A stretch of 64,000 nucleotides of DNA from Macrostomum lignano (Eukaryota), in the NCBI GenBank assembly GCA_002269645.1, contig NIVC01001857.1, forward strand, positions 1 through 64,000, written 5' to 3'. Shown here piece by piece: positions 1 to 9,932 of the stretch. The stretch's first letter is position 1. Every line of letters begins with the position of its first letter. The position numbers were made by a program, and so were the translations under genes. The notes under the pieces were generated by a model. It was not told the origin of the DNA. It did no database searches and saw nothing but the letters and a program-made list of their open reading frames with translations.

Positions 1-2109
1 TGGGAGCATGAAAAATTGGAAACTTAGTGTTGTTCCGCAATCATCCGAGCGATACTTGTCACTAAGGGCGGAATTCCCTGTTGCAAGTTACGTAAAGAAC
101 GGAAAAGTTGTGCCAATCATGTTTACAATTCAGTTCATCGACTCGCTCTGCTTTTTGAAGGAAGTTTGTCCAATTTGTTTGCTAATCTTCCCGAAGCTGA
201 ATGCAAGCTGACAATGCAAATGCTTGAGTCAAGACCACATCTTTCAAGAGAGCTACTTCGAAAAAAAGGGATTTTCCCATATGATTACCTCACAGGATTT
301 GAGATTCTCGAGCAGTCGGTTTTGCCGCCTAAAGATGCTTTTTTTAATCGACTTTCCGATCGGGGAATTTCCGACGACGACTACAATAGAGCAAGAGCGG
401 CATGGGCGGCATTTCAATGCAAAAGTTTGAAGGATTATATGCTCGCCTATCTTGAAATGGATGTAAGGCAGCTGGCTGACATTTTCGAGACATTCCGACA
501 GGCCAGTCTGAAAGAGGACGGATTGGATCCGGTACACTACTTTACTACTCCTGGTTTGTCTTACGACTCAGCTCTAAAGTCGACTGGAGTGGTTCTAGAG
601 CAGCTGACTGATGCTGACATGTATCATCTGTTTGAGAAGGGAATACGAGGAGGCATGTCCTTCATTAATGTGCATTGCGTCAAAGGTAATAATCCTAGCT
701 TGCCAGGTTATGATGATCAGCAAGAGAGTGTAAGCCTCATGCCGATCGATATGAACAACTTGTATGGCTTTGCCCTGTCGCTTCCGCTTCCATGCAGGGA
801 ATTCAGGTGGGTACCGGAACAGGAAATCCAGTTCTGGGACTCCAATCGGTTTCTGTCACTCAATCCAGAAGCCGAGATCGCCTACCTTGTTCAACTCGAT
901 CTAGAATACCCAGCTGAGATTCACGATTCGACTCAGGAGTTACCGTTTGCACCTGAAAAATCAAAACCACAGCCAGATCAATTCTCGCCGTACATGGCCG
1001 AACTATGGAAAGAGATTGCTGAACAGCGAACTGGCAATGCTGAAGCTAAGTTTCAAGCAACGGAGAAGCTTCTACTCACCTGTACCGACAAGGATTCTTA
1101 CGTAGTTCACAGCACCGTTTTAAGATTTTACCTGCAACACGGAATGCGGATCAAGTGCGTCAAAAAAATGATTTCGTTCAAGCAGGAAAATATTTTCGCG
1201 CCGTACATTGCCAGCAACAATGAAAAAAGAGCTTTGGCAACTTCCGAGTTTGCTAAGGATTTTTACAAATTGAAAAACAATTCTCTCTTTGGAAAAACTA
1301 TGGAGAACGTTCGAAAAAGATGCGATGTTCGAATTTGCACTAACCAGACTCAAGCAGAAACTTGCGCCTCTCGACCAAACTGTGCCGCATTCTCGATTAT
1401 CAATGAGTCGTTGAGCATTTTTCAGCTCAAAAAAGATAAAGTCACGCTTGACAAGGCCATTTTCGTTGGCCAGGCAGTTCTCGATCTCTCTAAGATGGCC
1501 ATGTACAGCCTACTATATGACAGGCTCCGACCGCTGTTCTGTCATTCAGACGGTTCCAGAGACATGATGCTTTGCGGAGGTGATACTGACTCATTTTTTC
1601 TAGCTTTCAAGAATCATGATTTAACATCGGAGGTAATCCCGAAGCTTAGAGAGGAAAAAATACTTGACACATCCAACTATTCTCGAGACCATCCGCATTT
1701 CTCTGAAGAGTTAAAAGGAAAGCTGGGCTGCGTTAAAGATGAATCTGCTGGTGGAATTTACCAGGAGTGGATTCTTTTGCGTCCAAAACTTTATTCGTTT
1801 CTCCCTGCCGAGAATTCGAGTGCAAAGATCAAGAAAACTGCCAAAGGCGTGAAGCAGTCAGTAGTAAGACAGCAAATTTCGCATGCGAACTATGTCGACG
1901 CGTTCGAGTCCAAGCAAGAGCAGATGGTTGCCATGACAGCGATTGTTTCCAAGAAACACGAAATCTTCACGTCGGTCATGGAGAAAAGAAGCCTATCGGT
2001 GTGGGAGGATAAGCGAGTGTGGCTTAGCAGTAATCGAAGCCTGCCCTACGGACACTATGCGCTGACGCCCGCATCCCACGATCAGCTGAAGCGCATCCGA
2101 CTGGTCTAG
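1..2109 (+). CDS. polB: Protein-primed family B DNA polymerase (pPolB), 5'-truncated by the window edge, apparent 1-nt frameshift at 160-161
   Basis: Motifs FIDS (exonuclease region, in ORF 8..211), KGIFPYDY, YLEMDV (ExoIII), IRGG, DMNNLYG (A), KLKNNSLFGK (B), GDTDS (C), KLYS, KGV. Adding one G at 160-161 joins ORF 8..211 to 166..2109 (FIDSLCFLK-GSLSNLFANL). The frame is open to the window start. Confidence 0.95.
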
Positions 2110-2684
2110 TGCGGGTGTTTAACAGACTGTTTAGTACTTTTTCTTGCTTTTAGAGTTGTTTAAATTGCCAAATTCTGTTTTAAATGTAGTGACTTGCATG
2201 TAGTAACTTTTACAAATTTGTATGCTTGGCTAATTGCGCTAGATTTAGCTGTCAATTTGTTTTTGCGGCGTGAAATATTGATATCAATTTAAGTTTTACT
2301 TTTTATAAAGCTGTGTGGCAAGTGCGCTCATACAATATTAATTCATTTTTGTTTGCTTTGTGTACTACTTGTTTAAAATGTGTTTTTGGTTTTTATCTGA
2401 CACAAATTGTTCCTGTAAATTCAATCAGCGTTTTAATCATATTTTCTCTATCACTTTTCTATTTCTCTTCTCTCGGTGCACATCGTTTGTTATAACGATG
2501 GTAGTATTGTTTACTTTCGGATTTGATATGCGTTTTGCGATACTTTTGGTGATGGGCTAAATACGTTTTTGAAGTGTTCCATAGCTGTCTGCCTGGGAAA
2601 ATGAATGTAAAGAATACCAAGTTTATCCTTTTATTCACTTTTCACTAATCATTGAAATATTTGCGGCAAATTGCTTGACTTGAC

Positions 2685-2696
2685 TTTATTTTTATT
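2685..2696 (-). terminator. Tandem AATAAA polyadenylation signals overlapping the TBP-like stop codon
   Basis: Minus strand reads GAA TAA AAATAAA at the end of the leftward gene cluster, facing the polB 3' region. Confidence 0.65.
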
Positions 2697-3264
2697 CAAT
2701 GGAAAGAACTACATTGAGTAGACGCATGCTATCGGTATGCAACTGATTCAAGGACCGAGCTCCACTGAGAACAAAAGAGCCGCTGTGAAAAAGCAGACAT
2801 TTACAAAAGTTTAAATTGAAAATTAAAGCAGAAAAGGATTCTGGTTCATATTCGGCGTTTGGGATAATTGATTTTAACATTAATAAGGAAAGTGCGGAAT
2901 GAACTGGGAGCTGTCCATGAGCAGTAATAGTTTTAATTCGAACACAAATTGTTTGATGAGGCAGCAGTTGAGCCGGCACTCTCCGATGCAGCATAGCCAC
3001 GAAGCGACGGGCAGCCCTTTTGGCGTCTGCGTGGGTCTTGGCACCGCAGATGCTCAGTTGCCCAGTAGGGTAGAGTAGGAGAGTCACTCTGGGAATCCGC
3101 ATCCGCTTGATGAGCACCCGGGGCCAGACGGGCCGGTAGATCACATGAGCCATGCTGAGAGCCAGTTCCCGTAGAGGCAGCTGAGCGCCCCTGCCACCAT
3201 CCAGTCTCAGATCTACTCCGCCAACCAGATTGGTCACTCTTAGGGCTGTAGCTGGTGGGCTCAT
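2692..3264 (-). CDS. Divergent TATA-box-binding protein (TBP)-like protein, 190 aa from ATG 3264
   Basis: Two TBP repeats: VTNLVGGVDL...YRPVWPRVLIKRMRIPRVTLLLYPTGQLSICGAKTHADAKRAARRF and YEPESFSALIF...CLLFHSGSFVLSGAR. These match TBP IQNIV / YNPKRFAAVIMR / LIFSSGKMVCTGAK and YEPELFPGLIY / LIFVSGKVVLTGAK. Confidence 0.9.
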   Translation of the reverse strand: MSPPATALRVTNLVGGVDLRLDGGRGAQLPLRELALSMAHVIYRPVWPRVLIKRMRIPRVTLLLYPTGQLSICGAKTHADAKRAARRFVAMLHRRVPAQLLPHQTICVRIKTITAHGQLPVHSALSLLMLKSIIPNAEYEPESFSALIFNLNFCKCLLFHSGSFVLSGARSLNQLHTDSMRLLNVVLSIE

Positions 3265-3305
3265 TTCGATCGTCAACTTCTTCACCAAATCTGCTTCTGC
3301 CAACT

Positions 3306-3784
3306 TTACTGCTCGTGTGCCACGGACACTGCTCGCTTCTTAAGTTGATGCAGAACTTTGGCTTAAGCCAACTGTAGTGCAGCAACGAATTTCTCACTGC
3401 ACAGCCAGTATCTGAATCTTCAGTCGAGGGTGCTCCCAAATCTTCTAGGTTATAAACCTGTCTTCCAAGCAGCTCAGTCAGAAAAATCGACTTCCTTTCC
3501 CCATTTGACCAGATCGGACCACTGGCAATGCTCAGAATGTCTTCCGCCAGTTCCATGTACGGACGGGTTCCATCATTCCACTTAAACTGGTGCAGACTCT
3601 TAGATAGCTGTCTGTAGTAAACTCGCATGTCAGGTGAGACTCTCTCCCATGGATACGGAGGTGCGTACACATGGTGAGCAATGTGGTAGCTCCCCGCTCT
3701 GATTTGAACAACTGCCAACTCCTTCACAACAAATTTTTTGCTTGTGCTGTTGCACGGGAATCCTTGGAAGTCAATGTAGTTCAT
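3306..3784 (-). CDS. Polinton accessory protein, possible DnaQ-like exonuclease fold (~159 aa after a 1-nt correction; ORF track gives 283 aa, 2933..3784)
   Basis: N-terminal IDFQGF...FVVKELAV...PPYPW...HQFKWNDG...VYNLEDLG...CAVRN...W pattern, which I recall from Polinton-type elements. Adding one A near 3357-3359 ends the ORF at TAA 3306, 42 nt before the TBP ATG. The fold assignment is inference. Confidence 0.55.
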
Positions 3785-3910
3785 GATGCAGCTTTCCTTC
3801 GAAAATTTCGGAGTCAGTCCACCTTCTTATATACTTTTCTGGCAGGCAATTTCAGCCAGGCTGTGTTGCTCCCGTACCCCTTGACTAGACTCTCCTGTTC
3901 TTTCTCCAGT

Positions 3911-4504
3911 TCACCCCCTGCTGGTTGCCATTTTCTTCTTAACTGATTTACCAACAGCGGAAAGCGGAACATTAAGCTTTTTCTGCTGCAGAAAATCGAT
4001 GAACTCGTTCCACCCAACTGGTTCACGCTCACATGGCGAATCCCTCACTGTGTGCTGAATCAAGTCCAGTATGTTTGAGGAAGGGATTGACGTGCCTGCG
4101 ATTTCCACCTCCCCGTTTTCACAAACTCGAATCAGCTCTGGATTGGTGGACAGGATCGTCCACAGACTGCGAGCCCTGGTTTTGAATTTCTGTGGCACCG
4201 ACTTGCTGATCTTCTCTTCCCAGGTGCTTATCTGGGGTGTCTCTGTTTTCATCAACTTGGCTTCAGTATTGCGTGCTCCTTCTTTTCCAGCGTGCTTGCG
4301 CTTGGCCAGCAAACTTTGCATTGCACTTTGGTACATGGCGGTTTTCACATCTTCTGGACAATCCTCGGCATACAAGATGTCATCGCATTTCTTCTGAGCC
4401 TGCTTCAAGTCAGCTTCAGTGGTAGTCTCATTTGGCTTCAAATTCTGCATCAACATCTCATACTCTGCTTTAGGAATCAGAACCATTTCTGAAAATTTGT
4501 TCAT
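3911..4504 (-). CDS. Conserved Polinton protein of unknown function (197 aa)
   Basis: ATG-initiated intact ORF in the compact gene cluster. The MVLIP...VPQKFKTRARSL...GEVEIAGTSIPSSNILDLI...PVGWNEFIDFL...NVP pattern is typical of the Maverick gene near the ATPase. Confidence 0.7.
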   Translation of the reverse strand: MNKFSEMVLIPKAEYEMLMQNLKPNETTTEADLKQAQKKCDDILYAEDCPEDVKTAMYQSAMQSLLAKRKHAGKEGARNTEAKLMKTETPQISTWEEKISKSVPQKFKTRARSLWTILSTNPELIRVCENGEVEIAGTSIPSSNILDLIQHTVRDSPCEREPVGWNEFIDFLQQKKLNVPLSAVGKSVKKKMATSRG

Positions 4505-4808
4505 TTTGCTTCTTCTTCTTTACCAGCTTAAGCAGAATCGGGAGTATTTTGATGAAGCCAGCCTTCAACAAGTCTGTCTTTCTTCTTTTGTGAGTAATTT
4601 TTCGAATTATCTCTTTTGACTTTGCAAGAACAGCTTTTTCATCGAGCGAAAACGATAGATTGTTTTGTAAGAGATTATGGCAGGCCTCGACAAGAAAATA
4701 ACGCACTTCTTTTGGACAATTTTTTATCAACAGCCGCTTGAAGCGCACGGTATATTTAGGTGACGCAAGAACCGCAAAAAGACTTGCATATGAATCAAGC
4801 ACTTCCAT
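4470..4808 (-). CDS. Small basic conserved Polinton protein (112 aa from ATG 4808)
   Basis: Intact ORF between the ATPase and the 197-aa gene. It has an LIKNC...EACHNLLQNNL...basic tract...GFIKILPILL pattern with an amphipathic C-terminus. Confidence 0.6.
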   Translation of the reverse strand: MEVLDSYASLFAVLASPKYTVRFKRLLIKNCPKEVRYFLVEACHNLLQNNLSFSLDEKAVLAKSKEIIRKITHKRRKTDLLKAGFIKILPILLKLVKKKKQNEQIFRNGSDS

Positions 4809-4849
4809 TGCGATGAAAACAATAGCTGATAAAAACAAGCTTCACTTTC

Positions 4850-5496
4850 TTAAGCAAATACAAGATGGGGTCGCTGGTTGGGCAGAATTCTGGCCCGCAC
4901 TCGCAGCTCATCGGGAGTTGATGGGTGAAAGTCTAGGAACAGGTAGGCTCCCCTGCCCTGCGCGGTCACGTGCTTGAACACTGACAGCAGAAAGCCGGGC
5001 TTCTCTGTAAAGCACTGCCTGCCCAGTGCTGCAATCTGCAGCTGGTCTCGGGGTTTTTCAAGATAGCTAAGTACATTACATTCAAGCTCATTGTTCGCGA
5101 CTCTTTTCCCTTGAAAAATATATTCTGAGTCAGCATCACCAAAAAGCACGGCAAGTGATGTGCGATTCCTGTGAAAAAATTTCGCATTGAAGCAGAGTTT
5201 GAAGTTTCCTCTATTAAGTCATCGAAAACAACCAGGTCATTGGGCCTAAGTGCTGCCTCGATGTTGGTGGGAAATCCCTGGCGCAGCTGCACACCTAGGC
5301 TGTTCAGTTCTGCATGGCCTGCCTGTGAGATCCCATAGTACCACAGAACTCTGCCAGGCTTCACATCAAACATGACGTCTCTGTACTGGATCAGGTGTTC
5401 GACAAAGGTTGTTTTTCCTGCATTGGTGGGCCCGCAGACAATCATGCAGCTTCCCTGCCTGAGGCGGATATCGTAGCAAACTTGCTTTTCTCCCAT
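4850..5496 (-). CDS. A32/FtsK-like genome packaging ATPase (~215 aa after a 1-nt correction at 5050-5053)
   Basis: Walker A GPTNAGKT, Walker B LVVFDD, TQN motif. The KN-PRD motif is restored by one extra C, joining ORF 4966..5529 to 4850..5149. Confidence 0.92.
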
Positions 5497-5519
5497 GTTT
5501 AATGCATAAATATTAGAAA

Positions 5520-6032
5520 TCACGGACATCTTTTTCTTAAGTTGGCTTCAAACCTCTGTAAGATTCTATCATTCAAATGATTTTTCTCATTAGCATGCAA
5601 ATGCTTCAAAATCCCCTCAAATGACCGATTGAACAGAAACTTTTGATAAGCAAAATAGATGCAAAACATTCCGCATTTATTAGAGTTAGCACATTGAACT
5701 CTGTTTATATTGCTTCGGAGCCAAAAGCCAGTTGTTTTAATCTCTCGAAACAAATTATAAACCAAAGATAAAATTTCAGGTTCCCAGCCGAGGGAGTTGA
5801 ACAACTCAATGCGATTTCCTTGCCCAACATAGCACACCACCCAGTGACCAAATGAGCCATTGTGCTGAAGTAGGACAAAAACAAACTTGTTTTCAAAGGA
5901 AATTGATGATCTAAATTTTCTTTTTACATTCAAGGGCAGAGAATTTTTATAGCGCAAATGTAAAGTAACTATGAGAAATTTTTGGTAAGGCAAAAATTTT
6001 CTGGCGAGATTAAGTAGTTGAATTGCATCCAT
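5520..6032 (-). CDS. Adenain-like cysteine protease (virion maturation)
   Basis: GHW...ELFNSLG...RVQ...KCGMFC arrangement (His, Asn in place of Asp/Glu, oxyanion Gln, Cys); 170 aa; lies next to the capsid gene. Confidence 0.88.
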   Translation of the reverse strand: MDAIQLLNLARKFLPYQKFLIVTLHLRYKNSLPLNVKRKFRSSISFENKFVFVLLQHNGSFGHWVVCYVGQGNRIELFNSLGWEPEILSLVYNLFREIKTTGFWLRSNINRVQCANSNKCGMFCIYFAYQKFLFNRSFEGILKHLHANEKNHLNDRILQRFEANLRKRCP

Positions 6033-6037
6033 GTCAA

Positions 6038-7320
6038 TTAAGAGGAATAGTCCAGCAAAAGCTCTCGGTGCTTGGTGACCTCAATCAGCGAGTCATACAG
6101 GCACATAGCAATCAGGGACACCGCTTCATTCAGAGCCTGTTGGAAGCGAATCTCCAGCCGCAGGTTGCCCTCCTTCTGTCCGTACCACAGAGCCGCTCCC
6201 TCGGGTGTGAGATCGAATGCAAACACCGTGGTGTTGTTGGAGAAGAGCTGGTAGGGGATCCACGGACCGAGTTTGTGTGGCTTGCAGATTGACAGCTTTT
6301 CAGGTAGTGCAAGTATTCTCTTACGAAGGAATTGTTTTCAGGTGTGAAGGCGCCGTGGCACACGGTTTCCCCACCTTTCTTTAGAGCCAATCGGCTAAGG
6401 TTGAAGCTCTGGAACTGTAACGGGCTCGCGTGATGATGACCGTTGAATGCTCGGTGGCTCACGAAGGCCAGCATGATGAACTTCGGCAATTTTCCATGAG
6501 TGAATCCTTCAATGTTTTTTGACTGAATACCCTGGGGTAGGATGAAGTTCTGCATTTCAGTTCGCTCGATGGGATACAGTGCATTTTGGTTTGTCAGCCC
6601 CTGCTCATGGGCCAGGCTGATGTGGGGCATCACTTTGACTCGGCGAAGATGCAGAATGCTGTGAGAGATTTCCATTCGGTATGCCGCGTTGTTTGCATTC
6701 GGGGTTCTGATGGCAAAGGCCCCATCGCTGGGGACCAGTTTGATGTGCAGGTGCAGATTGCTTAGCAGAAACACTGGGCACTGGAAAACATCGCTGAAGA
6801 GCGGCCCCGCATACTCCATCCATTGGGATTCCCTGTGGCTCTCCGTGTGCTCTTCAGCTGCCGAGTTCGGCTCCAGGAAGCCAGCAGGGTAAAGTTTTAG
6901 TTGCTGGGCATCGGATGAGCTCATTAGTGCTTTGAAGTACGCATGGTAGGGATAGAGCTGGTCTCCACCAGACACCACTCGCTGGTTAATGCTCACAATT
7001 ACATCTGAGAAGGCTGTAGACAGAACAAAATTTTCTGGGTGCACGTCACTGTCTCTGCGCTCGGTGATGATGCCATCTCCATCTCGAACATCCTCCCTCA
7101 GCAAACCCCCATCCAGTCTCACAAGGCGGCAGCGAATATAAAGAAAAGAATTAAGCAGATCTGTATATTCATCGGCAGATTGGTGGCAGTCAAATTCAAT
7201 GGGAGAGTTTGCAACAATGGAATTAACTGGGTGAATATCAACATAAGTAGCTTTTTCAATGCAGGTTTGTAGAACGGGCGTCTTAAATAAATCAAGTCTG
7301 GGATTGAATCCGTAAGCCAT
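6038..7320 (-). CDS. Major capsid protein (double jelly-roll; ~427 aa after a 1-nt correction at 6297-6300)
   Basis: N-terminus LDLFKTP...YVDIHP...PIEF...YTDLLNSFLY; C-terminus VFAFDLTP...GNLRLEIRF...LIEVTKHR. One extra A joins ORF 6130..7320 to 6038..6226. Confidence 0.9.
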
Positions 7321-7322
7321 GT

Positions 7323-7699
7323 CTATGACAGAGAGTCGAGCACGCGTTTCACAGTTTTCTTGCTGACTTTTTGCTTTCGCTTTCCTCCGCCTGCTCTATT
7401 CTTCTTTGCTTTCGTCTTCCTATTCTTAAGCTTTTTCCCACTAGCCTTGCTCGACCTCTTACTGCGATTTCCACCAGTTGCCTTTCGGGTGCCCTTCTTT
7501 TTCTTCAATCGTTTCGGACTTGCTTCAGTATTTCTTTTGCGCCTGACGTTGCTAAGCGTCGAGGCTGATGATGATGATATAGCCGCTGGCGGAGGCTGGT
7601 ATGTCATGATCCCTGGGAAGCTCCCACAGCCATAGAGTGCAGGCTTTTCGTGTCCTGTCCTCACCCCGAATATTGCTGGATTAGCTGCTGGTAGTTCAT
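7323..7699 (-). CDS. Lys/Arg-rich putative DNA-condensing core protein (~125 aa after a 1-nt correction at 7664-7667)
   Basis: ATG 7699 overlaps the minor capsid stop (ATGA). The corrected N-terminus is MNYQQLIQQYSGVRTGHEKPALYGCGSFPGIMTYQ, followed by a very basic tail (RRKR, KKKK). LYGC/G fits the adenain cleavage consensus. Confidence 0.65.
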
Positions 7700-8513
7700 T
7701 GAATGCGTTTCTCCTGAATTTGAACTGTAAGCAGAACAGGGCTGTGAGTCTGTGCAATCAGTGGGCAACCATAGATGTCCCGCAGCTGAACTCGAATGCT
7801 GTGAAGAAGACTGATTCGTTGAATCGGGAAGAATATTGTTTTCTTAAATATTTTTGTTTGATAGTTGCCCCATTCAATGCCAGCTTTCATTCCAACTGTT
7901 CTCAACAAGGAGCTCCAGTTGCAATTAGTTGACTCAACGATACTGCAGTGCACATTGATTAAGCTGGTGCGCGGGCAGCCAATGCAATGCTCGGATACGC
8001 GGCTCCCTGGCTGGATTTTCACAGCCTGGTTTCCAAATCCCAGCCAATGCAGAATTTTACTAGATGGAAGAAACAGCTCTGCTCTCGCAGTGTTGTTGTG
8101 CACCACAGTTCGTGAGTTGCGGATTTCGAACTTCATACCAATTCCCTGTTGCCACTACGCCCCATCAGGCCGGACTCATCAGCCTCCATCTCAGACTCCC
8201 TGTCACTCATTGCATCAAAGAACAGCGAATCAGAGTTGGCCAGCAGCTCATTCAGGCGCTCCACCAGCTCCTCCACTCTAGCAAAGCGTCCGGGTTGAAG
8301 AACCAGGGCCTCATGCTCTCTTCCATCTGAGACAGTGAAGCAGTAAGGCTCGTCAACATTGAACCATGCAGCAGGCAGATGGATTTCAGCCAGACCTGCC
8401 TCATAGTCCACATTTCGATCCAAGTAAATAGGTGAAGGCAGGTAAAAATTAAAGTCACTAGGAGTACCTTCAGCATGCTCACTGTTAATCAAAATAGTTC
8501 GCATTATAATCAT
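7696..8513 (-). CDS. Minor capsid (penton-like) protein (~272 aa after a 1-nt correction at 8144-8146)
   Basis: N-half TPSDFNFYLPSPIYL...YEAGLAEIHLP..WFN; C-half LGF...SLINVHCSIVE...LLRTV...IRVQLRDIYG. One extra G joins ORF 8133..8513 to 7696..8136. Confidence 0.82.
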
Positions 8514-8541
8514 AAACTACATGATGAGGGCTGTGCCAAAG

Positions 8542-9612
8542 CTAAACCTTTCTTAAGTCTTTTTCATCCACCCAGCCAGTCGAGTCGTAGCCCGCCCATT
8601 TCACCAGATAGCGAATTTTTCCCTTCCGCTTCTCCGTTTTCAGGATCTTCTCAATCACATACAGCCGCTGTGAGTCCGGGACAGCCTGCAGCTCGTGCTC
8701 ATGGAAGAGTCCTCGAATCTCTTGCCCCCGCATGTCTTTAATCTTGTACATGTAGGGATAATGTTTTGGGGCTCTGCTCACCACGGTGTACACTTCCTCA
8801 CTCCAGCTCGCTTTGTATCCCTTTTTGAATATCCGTGGAGCATTGGAAATTCTCACTGACTGGTTTTCAGCGAACTTAGGCTTCTTTAATTTTTCTAGAG
8901 TCTCGACTGCTTTTCCATCGTACAGGTTCATCCACACTTCAGATTCATTCTCTTTGCAGACACTAGTGGGTGCCATTTTGATGCTTCTGTGGTAGGTATT
9001 GTTGTAGGATTTTACCAGCTTAGGCAGCACATCAAGCCAGTGCAGTGTGCTCTTGTAGGTGAAGTAGCGCCACATTCTACTTTTCAGAGTTCGATTCCAT
9101 CGCTCAATGACAGCTGCCTTCTGCTCGCTGTTAGTTGGGAAAGCCAGAATCCCTCTGTCAATGCAGTATTGACGGAAAGTGGAGTTGATAAATTCCTTCC
9201 CCTGATCTGTGCGAACTGTGCGTGGCTGGCGCTTTGAACTTCTCAGTATGCTCTCGAATGCTGACTTCACTTCTGCAGCAGATTTATTTTTCAGTGCCTT
9301 GGCCCAAGCACATTTTGAGAGCACGTCAATGCATGTGAGAATATATTTGTAGCCTTTATTATGCTTTGCGAATGGAATCATTTCCACTAAGTCAAGTTCC
9401 CACTGATCATCGATTGCGCGCACTATGATTGGGGCCCTTGGATATCGCCTCCTAGCTGGCTTGTGCAGAGTGTGCACTGGCTGCTCGCTGAGCCACTGCT
9501 CAATGCTCTTTGCAGATATTCGATCACCTCTTTGCCTCACTTCATGCAGCAACTTTGAGGCACAAGAAAAACTAGCCGGTTGCTCAGGTTTCAAATAAAT
9601 TTTCTCCATCAT
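8542..9612 (-). CDS. int: Retroviral-like (rve) DDE integrase with C-terminal chromodomain
   Basis: DDE triad in WELDLVEM / RTDQGKEF / IERWNRTLK; C-terminal YVIEKIL...YLVKWAGYDSTGWV chromodomain; intact 356 aa. Confidence 0.96.
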   Translation of the reverse strand: MMEKIYLKPEQPASFSCASKLLHEVRQRGDRISAKSIEQWLSEQPVHTLHKPARRRYPRAPIIVRAIDDQWELDLVEMIPFAKHNKGYKYILTCIDVLSKCAWAKALKNKSAAEVKSAFESILRSSKRQPRTVRTDQGKEFINSTFRQYCIDRGILAFPTNSEQKAAVIERWNRTLKSRMWRYFTYKSTLHWLDVLPKLVKSYNNTYHRSIKMAPTSVCKENESEVWMNLYDGKAVETLEKLKKPKFAENQSVRISNAPRIFKKGYKASWSEEVYTVVSRAPKHYPYMYKIKDMRGQEIRGLFHEHELQAVPDSQRLYVIEKILKTEKRKGKIRYLVKWAGYDSTGWVDEKDLRKV

Positions 9613-9676
9613 GGGTTTATCAAGATACGTGCCTATCCACCTGCTCTAGCTGTACAGTATTTTTTCTTAAGTAGAA

Positions 9677-9683
9677 ATTTATA
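9677..9683 (-). promoter_or_regulatory. TATA box upstream of integrase
   Basis: TATAAAT on the minus strand ~65 nt upstream of ATG 9612. An AATAAA for the PC4 gene lies just upstream at 9721-9726. Confidence 0.5.
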
Positions 9684-9932
9684 TTCCAATTAAATGATAG
9701 AGAAACGAGTGGCAAATTAATTTATTACTGTCAGATTGAAACCTCTAACATCGTAACAGTCGGTGTATTTTCCGAAAGCAAACAATCCATAAAAACGAAC
9801 ACTAAAACACTCGCACACCAGCATTTCAGAAATAGCAGAGATAAAAAACAGCATAGTGCCGTCAGGCTGGATAATCATGTGCAAGCTAAAAGTAATTTAG
9901 TTAGTCCAATGCATTCAAAGCATTCTAGCTGT

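Noticed and set aside
2933-3305. Overprinted C-terminal extension of the 283-aa ORF across the TBP gene
   Set aside because: The extension looks like an off-frame reading of TBP. One added base terminates the upstream gene at 3306, consistent with the error pattern elsewhere.
4850-8513. Programmed ribosomal frameshifting in ATPase, capsid, core and penton genes
   Set aside because: The sites lack canonical slippery heptamers, all are single-base losses in homopolymers, and the host ADGB exon 11 shows the same defect. Sequencing error is more parsimonious.
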